Source: an uncultured bacterium | GTDB lineage: Bacteria; Cloacimonadota; Cloacimonadia; Cloacimonadales; Cloacimonadaceae | DNA length: 64,000 nt | NCBI GenBank assembly: GCA_938009275.1 | Contig: CALLHY010000030.1 | Span: 11,776 to 75,775, forward strand | Reading direction: 5' to 3' | In this document: in pieces, positions 49,111-58,300 of the stretch | Layout: each line of letters begins with the position of its first letter | Numbering within the stretch: position 1 is the first letter of the stretch | Made by a program: the position numbers and the translations under genes | Notes under the pieces: model-generated | Told to the model about the DNA's origin: nothing | Databases searched by the model: none | The model's input: only the letters and a program-made list of their open reading frames with translations

Positions 49111-51318
49111 GTGAGCAAGATCCATCTATCCGACCAAGAAAAAGAGATCATCGCCAAATGCATCAATGAGAATGTCGAGTTTCCGCTGGAAATAGTAAAA
49201 AAGATCGCCCCCGGGTTCTTTGACAAGCTCGCCCAAGCCGGTGAGTTCGATTATAGACGGCTCGATAAATACAAAATCCCCATTCTGGATTATGAGGGAA
49301 AACGCAGCGAACCTGCCATCCTCGCTTCAGCCGCGCTCTTGGGTGAAAGCTCACCTCTGCAGATCCTGCGCTATTTTGACGGTAAAGAATTCAAGCACAA
49401 CGGTGACAGCCAGGAAGAGATCTTCGATATTCTGGAGAAGCAGAAGCGTGGCGAAGATGACTGGCGCAACCTGATCGTCCAGGGCGACAATCTGCTCTTT
49501 CTCAAAGCCTGCTACCTGAATCAGGACCCTTTGATCAAGGACAAGGTCAAAGGCAAGGTCAAACTGGTCTATATCGACCCGCCTTTTGGAACTGGTGATG
49601 AGTATGGGGATACGGGTGGAGTTATGAGTTATAGTGCTAAGTTAGCCGGAGCAGAGTTTATCGAATCCGTTAGAGAAAGGCTTATCTTTCTAAAGCAAAT
49701 GCTTATGGATGAAGGCAGTATCTTTGTCCGTCTTGATTATCATTTTAGTAACTATGTTAAAGTTGTTATGGATGAAGTTTTCGGATCTGAGAACTTCAGG
49801 AATGAGATTGTTATCGGAAGAACAAAAACTGCTTATTATGCTAATGTTCAAAGAACTAACCCTAAGAACTTGAGTATAAACTACGATGTTTTGTTTTGGT
49901 ACAGCATCCGACCCGAAACTACATTCAAAAATCTTAACAACGAAGTTATTATCGAGGCTAGGGATGCTTACTGGAAGGATCTCAAAACGTTTTACCCAAG
50001 ACCTGAGAAGAGGTATGAGCTTCTAGGAGTCACAATTGATGATAATTGTAGTTGGATGTGGAAGAAGGAAGACGCGCTAAAAGCAGATCATAACTATCAA
50101 GAATTTCTCGAAGTTAATAAAAAAAGGAAAGTTAGCTTGGAGGATTATTGGGAAGAGCATGACAGAGCCATTAGATTCATCCGTAGAGAAAATAACACAG
50201 TGAAGTACTGGATTGAGCCCATTAGTAAGGTTCCACATAACAACTGGATCAATATCGAGGGTTATTCTCGCGCATATGGTTATCCCACTGAGAACTCAGA
50301 AACCCTTTTAGAGAGAGTAATTGTTATGGCATCAGATTCTGATGAACTTGTTATGGATGTGTTTGGCGGCTCTGGAACAACTGCTGCAGTAGCTGAAAAA
50401 CTTGGACGAAGATGGATAACGGGAGACTTTGGAAAGCATTCTATATATACGATGCAAAAACGGATTTTAACTATCGCTGATTCAAAGAAACTTAGTTCCA
50501 ATGAGAGTAAAGGTGATAAATACGGTAAGAACGCTAAGCCATTCATAATTGCCTCAGTTGGCAGCTTCGACTTCAGCCGGATTGTTAACTTAAGGCAGCA
50601 CAAGGAAGCCTACATCAATTTCATACTAACTCTGTTCAACATCCAGGAGCGCAGTTCTGAGGAGCTGGCAAAGTACAAATTGCCCAATATCTATGGTCTG
50701 AAGGATGGCGATCCGGTGGAGATCTATCCCATCTGGGAAGACGACTACCTGAAGAATATCAAGATCGATAAGGAATACCTGAAAGGCCTGGCTGAAGCAG
50801 AGGGTGGCAAGCTCAAGGGTAACTATTATATCATTGCCCCGGAGATCTGTGACCGGGTGGGCGACTGGGATTATAGAACCTCCCAGGGCAATACCGTTAG
50901 CTTCAAGATCCTGAGCTACCCATACAAGATATTGGAAGAGATCAGCCGCTCCCAGCAGCTTTCCGAGCAGCCGGGCAGCTCTTCCGAGATCAATAAACTC
51001 ATCTCATCCACTCGTTTCTATTTTAACCAGGAAGTAACATGTAAGCTCAAATGGCATCCTCAGGGTTTAGTGATATCTGATCTTGAGACAGCCATCACCG
51101 ACAAAGCCGGTAATGAGATCCAAGGTCTGGACGCCCTGGCCATGGTGCTGATCGATAAGAACTACGACGGCAAGATGTTCACCATGGAAGCTGCGGTCTA
51201 CCGCAAGGACATCAAAGACGATGGCATCATCAACGTGGATAAGCTAACCGATAAAGTGGCGGTGATCGTGATCGACCGGCATGGCAACGAAAGTAAGATC
51301 ATAATCCTGGAGAAATGA
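49111..51318 (+). CDS. mod: Type III-like DNA methyltransferase (beta-class N6A/N4C, Mod)
   Basis: Motif IV VYIDPPFGTG precedes motif I VMDVFGGSGTTAAVA, which is the beta-class order. The GTG start is 1 nt after the upstream stop. Confidence 0.85.
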   Translation: MSKIHLSDQEKEIIAKCINENVEFPLEIVKKIAPGFFDKLAQAGEFDYRRLDKYKIPILDYEGKRSEPAILASAALLGESSPLQILRYFDGKEFKHNGDSQEEIFDILEKQKRGEDDWRNLIVQGDNLLFLKACYLNQDPLIKDKVKGKVKLVYIDPPFGTGDEYGDTGGVMSYSAKLAGAEFIESVRERLIFLKQMLMDEGSIFVRLDYHFSNYVKVVMDEVFGSENFRNEIVIGRTKTAYYANVQRTNPKNLSINYDVLFWYSIRPETTFKNLNNEVIIEARDAYWKDLKTFYPRPEKRYELLGVTIDDNCSWMWKKEDALKADHNYQEFLEVNKKRKVSLEDYWEEHDRAIRFIRRENNTVKYWIEPISKVPHNNWINIEGYSRAYGYPTENSETLLERVIVMASDSDELVMDVFGGSGTTAAVAEKLGRRWITGDFGKHSIYTMQKRILTIADSKKLSSNESKGDKYGKNAKPFIIASVGSFDFSRIVNLRQHKEAYINFILTLFNIQERSSEELAKYKLPNIYGLKDGDPVEIYPIWEDDYLKNIKIDKEYLKGLAEAEGGKLKGNYYIIAPEICDRVGDWDYRTSQGNTVSFKILSYPYKILEEISRSQQLSEQPGSSSEINKLISSTRFYFNQEVTCKLKWHPQGLVISDLETAITDKAGNEIQGLDALAMVLIDKNYDGKMFTMEAAVYRKDIKDDGIINVDKLTDKVAVIVIDRHGNESKIIILEK

Positions 51319-54185
51319 GCATGGCCAGGGAATACAGAAACAAAATCAGCCTCTCGGAATTGACCCTGGATATCGATCACCGGAAGTATGATATCGGGCA
51401 ATTTGATTTTTCCGAGATCGAAGAGTATGTGCGAGAAATCTCCAATGGCAGGCAGTATCAGTTTGACGCTATCCGGCAGATTATGGTCTACCTCTGGGGC
51501 GGGCGCTATGAATCGATAGAGGACCTGGCCCGGCAGAACTTCAAAAAGAAGGAAGCCATCCGGCAGAGGTTCTCATCGGAAAAAAAACTGCTCTCCCAGA
51601 TCCCTTTACCCGGCAAGCTCTCCGGGGTTTGCTACATGGCCACCGGAGCGGGAAAATCCTATGTGATCTTTGCTATTGCCTATCTTTCGATCCTCTTGGG
51701 GAAAGTGAAACGGGTGCTGGTGCTGGGGCCTCCCTCCACGGTAATCGAACAAGGATTGACAGAAAAATTCCGGGATTATATGTACTCACCCAAGGGACTG
51801 GCAATGAAGAATAAATTGCCGGAGAAATACCGGAACATCCAGGTCAGCCTGTGCAACGCCAATGACATTGTGGATGATTACAGCATCGTTATCGAGAATA
51901 TTAACGCTGTCTATACCAAAGGCGAGAATGCGATCACGGATATGCTCTTCAAGCATACCGAAGAAGTACTGGTTTTGAGCGATGAAGTGCACCACGCCTA
52001 TTCCCACTTGAAATTTGGCGATGCCGGAGTAGCCTTCGATTTCGATGGTATGAATTTCGGTAAAGGCGAAGATAAGAATGAGCGCTTGTGGATGAAGTTT
52101 CTGCGGGACAATCTTCTGGAAGACCAGAAACTGAGCGAGGAAACCAAGATCAAGCGCCATATTGGCTTCACGGGGACGCCTTATAACCAGAACGATTTCT
52201 TCCCTGACGTGATCTTTGATTATTCGATCAAGGACGCCCTGGAGGAGGGGATCATCAAGAGGATCAATCCTTTGCTGAAGATCAAGACCTCGGATGATGA
52301 TTCCGATCTTACCCAGGATCAGAGATATGAGCAGATCATCCAGACCCATCTGGATAACAAGGATAGATATTCCTACGGAGGGAAGGTAAAACCCATAAGC
52401 ATCTTTATCAACAACACCCAAAAAGCCGCCCAGGATAATGCAGACAAGTTTTACACAGTTTACAGCCGTTATCTTGCAAAGCATGATCCATTTTATCAAG
52501 GCCAAACCGTTAACGCTATCGAAGGTCTGCTACGTAATGACAAAGTGGTGATTGTAGCTACATCCTCAGCCAATCGGGAAGACTACCTGGATCAACTGAA
52601 CAGGATCGAGGAAACTGATCCAGTTAAAACCGGGGGCAGGACAGAATTTATCTTTGCGGTGAATAAACTCTCCGAAGGGTGGGATGTGGACAATGTGTTC
52701 CAGATCGTTCCCATGCAGGAGAAGGTGTTCAACTCCAAGCTGCTGATCTCTCAAGTTTTGGGAAGAGGGCTCAGGTTACCTCGTAAGGTTTCGTATTTTG
52801 AGCTTAAGGGCAACTACCCCGAAGTGGTGATCACCAATCATGAGAAGTTTGGCGAGACAGTGCGCAATCTCCTGGATGAGGTGCGTGAATGTGATTTGAT
52901 CGTATCTTCTAAGGTGTTTACATCAAAAGACGAGAGTCCGCGATTTAATCATCATTTCACTTTGTTCAACCTGGATTATGACTTGGTAAAAGAAATCGTG
53001 GATAAAGAGCCGGAACAGGAATCAAACCGGTCTTTGACGTTGAAACCTCAGACCAGTTCTATGACGGCGGATGTGCAATATCTACATGGGGAAAAGACTT
53101 TCACTCTGACCAAGGACTTCAGCTCTTTGGATGAGGTGGTTCTGAGCGTTTTCAGGAAGATGAAGAATGTGGAGTTTGAAAATCAGCGTCTAAACTTGGA
53201 TCGTTCTCTTGATCTGTCAAAACTCACCAACCGTGATTATATTAGAGAAGTCATCCGTGCAGCCATGCAGGATGCTGGTATCACGCAAGATGCGCTCACA
53301 AACGAGAATAAGAAGGCTGTGGAGCTTTATTTCAACAGCTTCCTGCCCCGGGGTGAGAAGAGTGTCAGGTTTGATAGAAAAGTCAATCTGGCTACTGCCT
53401 TGCGAACTCTGGAAATGAACGCCAGCAGCGTCCGGGCCGGAGCACTGGATCAAAGCAGTTCGCTGTTTGTCTCGGATGATTGGGAAAATGAGCTATCGAA
53501 TGAGTATCACATTTTTATCAATGAACTTGCCCTAACATCAGGCAAATCTGCTGATCAAACCACGATATTTGATACTGGCATTTCCGATCTGGATACCGAT
53601 CTGATCCAGAAACCGTATGAGGGCAAGAGATTCTTTACCGTAAATCTTAGCGCTTTCAAAACACCCCAAAACTGCGTTGTTTGCTCCCATATCCCGGAGA
53701 CCAACTTCATCATCGGATTGATCAAACATGCAGCCTATCTTGAGAGCTGGATCAAGTCCCCGGATATGGGTTTCTACTCCCTGGGCTATGAATACTGGAA
53801 AAGGGGCAAGGACAGGGTCCGGCGATTCTTTAATCCGGATTTCTTCATCCGCATTGATCTGGCCCGTTATCTCACGAATTGTGGTAAGAACATGCATGAT
53901 TCGGATAAAAGAAAGCTGATAGGTTTGCAGGATCAGGGTATCAGGGAACTGGTCTGCGTCGTGGAGATCAAAGCCGAAGATGATTTTGAAGAAGTAACCA
54001 ATGCTAAGGATGAGCACGGTTCCCGCCACTTTGAAGAGCTAAACAAGGAACTCAAACAAGCCAATCCGATCGATCTGCACCTAACCAGCCGGGAAACAAA
54101 GGATCAGCACTACTCCTTCTTCCTGCTGAGAGCGGATGGATTCGAATCTTGGTTCAGAAAGCTCAGGAATGGGGCTTTGATATAG
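51315..54185 (+). CDS. res: Type III restriction enzyme Res subunit (SF2 helicase plus C-terminal PD-(D/E)xK nuclease)
   Basis: ATGA overlap with mod. Motifs are MATGAGKSYV, LSDEVHHAY and NKLSEGWDVDNVFQIV. The C-terminus has NPDFFIRIDL...VVEIKAEDD. Confidence 0.85.
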   Translation: MSMAREYRNKISLSELTLDIDHRKYDIGQFDFSEIEEYVREISNGRQYQFDAIRQIMVYLWGGRYESIEDLARQNFKKKEAIRQRFSSEKKLLSQIPLPGKLSGVCYMATGAGKSYVIFAIAYLSILLGKVKRVLVLGPPSTVIEQGLTEKFRDYMYSPKGLAMKNKLPEKYRNIQVSLCNANDIVDDYSIVIENINAVYTKGENAITDMLFKHTEEVLVLSDEVHHAYSHLKFGDAGVAFDFDGMNFGKGEDKNERLWMKFLRDNLLEDQKLSEETKIKRHIGFTGTPYNQNDFFPDVIFDYSIKDALEEGIIKRINPLLKIKTSDDDSDLTQDQRYEQIIQTHLDNKDRYSYGGKVKPISIFINNTQKAAQDNADKFYTVYSRYLAKHDPFYQGQTVNAIEGLLRNDKVVIVATSSANREDYLDQLNRIEETDPVKTGGRTEFIFAVNKLSEGWDVDNVFQIVPMQEKVFNSKLLISQVLGRGLRLPRKVSYFELKGNYPEVVITNHEKFGETVRNLLDEVRECDLIVSSKVFTSKDESPRFNHHFTLFNLDYDLVKEIVDKEPEQESNRSLTLKPQTSSMTADVQYLHGEKTFTLTKDFSSLDEVVLSVFRKMKNVEFENQRLNLDRSLDLSKLTNRDYIREVIRAAMQDAGITQDALTNENKKAVELYFNSFLPRGEKSVRFDRKVNLATALRTLEMNASSVRAGALDQSSSLFVSDDWENELSNEYHIFINELALTSGKSADQTTIFDTGISDLDTDLIQKPYEGKRFFTVNLSAFKTPQNCVVCSHIPETNFIIGLIKHAAYLESWIKSPDMGFYSLGYEYWKRGKDRVRRFFNPDFFIRIDLARYLTNCGKNMHDSDKRKLIGLQDQGIRELVCVVEIKAEDDFEEVTNAKDEHGSRHFEELNKELKQANPIDLHLTSRETKDQHYSFFLLRADGFESWFRKLRNGALI

Positions 54186-54212
54186 TATCATTACACATTA
54201 AGGAAGTATTGT

Positions 54213-55265
54213 ATGACAAACACAACTGATAAAGCGCTGCTGGTTGGCAATGGCATCAACAGGGTGTTTTGCGATTCAGACTACTCCTGGAGTGATCTAT
54301 TACAGGATCTGTCAAACATTCGTTCGGGAAATATTGATCTGAGTAATCCCTTTAAGCCTTTACCTCTAGCCTTTGAAGAGATTCTTAAAGCTAAAAACAA
54401 CGATTATAAAAATGCTGTTCGAGTGTTGAAAAAGAAAACTGCTGAGATATTTGCAAAGCTTCCTGTTCGGGAAGTCCACAGAATGATAGCCGGTAATACT
54501 AAGTATCGGAATATAATGACCACAAATTACGAGTATACTTTGGAAAAAGCTTATGCAGAGATTCATTATCCAAATAGTGACTTCAGGGATCATTGCATAA
54601 GTAAGTTAAGCACAAATGAAGAAATTCACAGTCTTATGAGAAAGTATGAGTTTGCTGATGAGCGCCTTGTAGTTTGGCATATCCATGGTGAGATTAATCA
54701 TACCAAGTATTCAAATGCGGAAAAAATCCTGCCTAGCAATTCAATCTTGATCGGATACAATCAATACATATCATATCTTGATACTATCTATCGGTATTTC
54801 TTTACAAATAAGAAGACCAAATATACAGAATACTCATCTCTACAGGAGAAAATGACTAAATGCATGGCTGACCTGAATAGATTGGACATCGACACCTGGA
54901 TCGATTTCTTCTTTTTCAGAGATATTGATATCATTGGACTTACACTGGACTTCTCAGAGATGCATCTTTGGTGGATACTCAATCGCCGATTTAGCCTAAT
55001 CAAAGACTCTGATATATTCAATGAGGAGTCTGATAAAAAGGCATCATTTAACCCAACAAACACGATCACATACTACTACCCCAAACTAAGCAAGAACTGC
55101 TTGGAAGAGAAGTGCTCTGATGCCCTGAATGATGTTAAACAAAAGGCAATATTGAATATGCTCGAAGTGTTAGGAGTAATCACCAAAGCCGTAAAGTGTA
55201 GATCCTATGAAGATTATTATACTCATGTATTGGGTAATAACGTAATCGCTTCGCAGCGAGCATAA
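54213..55265 (+). CDS. AbiH-like / SIR2_2-like protein (tentative)
   Basis: The N-terminal ALLVGNGINRVF...YSWSDLL and the later VVWHIHGEINH resemble the GNG/GAG start and the (K/H)xHG motif of AbiH and SIR2_2-type defence proteins. This is recollection only. Confidence 0.4.
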   Translation: MTNTTDKALLVGNGINRVFCDSDYSWSDLLQDLSNIRSGNIDLSNPFKPLPLAFEEILKAKNNDYKNAVRVLKKKTAEIFAKLPVREVHRMIAGNTKYRNIMTTNYEYTLEKAYAEIHYPNSDFRDHCISKLSTNEEIHSLMRKYEFADERLVVWHIHGEINHTKYSNAEKILPSNSILIGYNQYISYLDTIYRYFFTNKKTKYTEYSSLQEKMTKCMADLNRLDIDTWIDFFFFRDIDIIGLTLDFSEMHLWWILNRRFSLIKDSDIFNEESDKKASFNPTNTITYYYPKLSKNCLEEKCSDALNDVKQKAILNMLEVLGVITKAVKCRSYEDYYTHVLGNNVIASQRA

Positions 55266-55338
55266 GCGCTAAAAGGCTGTTTCGGCATTAGCATTATTGC
55301 ATACAGTTTTTATTGCTTTGGGGATATTGGGAGAATGA

Positions 55339-58300
55339 ATGTCATACAAAGCTTTGGATGAAGTTCTAAGCAACTTTCAAGATAGAATAATCGGCGTAAA
55401 ATCGATCGATTCTCGTGAGGCTGTATATGAGTCTATACCGGAAAGTTGCCATAGCTCCATTAAGAAGGGGCTGGCAACTTTGGGTATCAAGCAATTGTAT
55501 AGCCACCAAGCCAAGATGTTTTCGGAAGTATACGAGGGCAGGAATGTTATCATTACCACGGGTACTTCCAGTGGAAAATCTTTGGCTTTTTACCTGCCAG
55601 TACTACAAAGTATCATTGAAGATTCACGCGTAAGAGCACTCTTTGTCTATCCAACCAAAGCTCTGGCACAAGATCAAAAAGCAAGCCTGGAGAAGTTCCT
55701 TAAAGCAATCAAATGCAAACCAGAGATAACTGTTGGAGTATACGATGGAGACACTCCGCCCTCAGAACGAAAGAGCATACGAGACCATGCGAATATCATA
55801 CTGACCAATCCGGACATGCTGAATGTCAGCTTCCTGCCAAACCATAATAAGTATGGATTCCAAGAGATCTTTCGATATCTTGACTTTGTGGTCCTGGATG
55901 AGTTGCATGTTTATCGAGGAGCCTTCGGGACACATGTGGCAAATCTCATGCGCAGATTACTCCGTATCTGTAACTACCACGGAGTATCTCCACAATTTCT
56001 TTGCAGCAGTGCCACCATTGCCAATCCTCTTGAACTAGCGCAAAATATCTGTTCCAAACCATTTATCCATCTCGAACAGGATGGTTCGTTCAATTCCGGG
56101 AAAAAGCTGGTTTTTTGGCAGTGTCCACTTCATAATGATTCTCTCAATGAGGTTACAAACCTGATACCTGATCTGGTTGTTAATGATATCAGTAGCATCA
56201 CATTCTGTCAGAGCCGGCGAGACGTAGAGGTTGCTTCACGGGAGATCTGTGGAATCCTGGCTCAGCAGCACGGAAGTATTCATCTACAAAACAAAGTGTC
56301 GGCTTATCGCTCTGGCCTCACTCCCAATGAGAGAAGATCTATCGAGTTTAACCTGCGCACGGGAAAACTTAGAGGAGTGATTTCGACTAATGCGCTCGAA
56401 TTGGGTATAGATATTGGATCATTGGATGCGGTTGTAATGGCAGGATTCCCGGGAACCAAAGCTAGCTTCTGGCAACAAGCTGGTAGAGCAGGCAGAAGAT
56501 CCGGGGATGCTTGGATAGTAATCATTCTATCCAATCGGCCTATTGAACATTACATTGCCCAAGACCTCGATTGGTTAACAGATTCCAGCGTGGAAAATGC
56601 GATAATAGATATCAGCAATATTTTCATTCAGATGGCTCACATCAGAGCCGCAGCATATGAGTTACCGCTATCAAGAACAGACATCAAGTACTTCCATGAT
56701 CTTGGTGTAATAGCTCAAAAGCTAGTTGAGACTGGCGAACTGACTCAGGAAAGTGATCAATTCCTATGGGCTCATAAAAACAATACTAATCCCGCAATGG
56801 AGATCAGTTTACGTAACATGAGCAACGAAAGCATCGATGTTGTGGATAGACAGAGTGAAAAGACTATTACATCTACAGATCTGATTACCGCAAAGTATGA
56901 GCTTTTCCCGGGAGCTATCTACCTCCATGACGGTGTTCAGTATAAAGTACTGGCATTAGATTTTGAACAAAAACAAGCCATATTAACCGGAGTTAACAGC
57001 AACCACTACACTGTGCCTTTCGTGAATACCTCGGTCAGAATACTCGGAACAGTACATCATAAACCAATATTCAGGTGTAAGGCTGCTTGGGGTGACGTCA
57101 AAGTAACTGCCCTAATCAATGCTTATAAAAAAATAGCATATTTCACTCATGAGAACCTTGGCTATGAAGAACTGGATACCGATCAAAGGGTTGATTTGGA
57201 TACCGAGGGTACCTGGATATTGCTGCCGGAAAACCTGCAAGCATTGCCTTCAAGACTAGGATCTGGAGAAGAATCTCCCGTGAACAGAGACTCCAAATAT
57301 GATATTGATGGATTGGTCTTTGCCCTGGTAAACGCGGCATCGATCAGAACAATGGCTTCTTATAGTGATATCGGCGGTACGGTATTTGGGATCGATAAAC
57401 CCCCCAAGTCATCTCTGTTGATCTATGACAAATACAATGGAGGGCTTGGATTTGCCCAGAAGATCTACGAAGTGATTGATGATGTGATCCTGGATGCGAT
57501 AAAAATTGTCGAATCCTGTCCATGTAAACATGGCTGTCCTTCATGTGTTGGACATATGCAAATTGATAAGAACATCGTTTTATGGGCACTGCGCAATCTA
57601 AGGGTAGAATCGCCTATGCCAGAATCTCTGGAGCTGTTACAACAAACTCCCTTAGTAAATCCTAATCCAATCATCCGGGAAAAGTACAAATTGAACTGGA
57701 TCGAAGAGCATTGGAGCGAATTCGCCGATAGTTTCAAGCTAAGCTATCCAGATACCTATCAATTTCTCTTACTCGTACAAGGAGTAACTATACTGGAAAG
57801 CACGATTCACATAGCGGTTTGGAAGTCCAGGATTTATTTTTTGCCAGATTACAAGGACTACTTATCGTCGGTCAGGGAAGATATCCGGAAGTCGATTCAT
57901 GAGCCAGTGGAGGTTATAATTGACTTAGAGGATGATCCTGGGCTTCAAGCAAAGCAAGCAAAACTTGATAGGCATTTCAACAAAAGCCCTGCCATCGAAG
58001 TAAAAGGTTCAAGTCCTCCAGAGGGGGGTATACAATCTACTGCTACTAAAAAATCTTCTGCAGATTCTCAGAAGAGCGAGTCTCTTGACGATGCCGGTGC
58101 CATGGTTACAGAATTCGATTCAAGTACTTCTGAATTGCTTCTTTGGTGCCTGGAGTATGAAGATTATGAACAAGTACTGGATCTGCCAAACAAAGTCTTA
58201 GTATCGATCCTTACGCAAAAATCGGGAAGCCAAGTTATAAAAGCAATCCGTAGCTCTGCAAACTACCAAAAGTTGCTGAAATATATCGTTAAAATGCATC

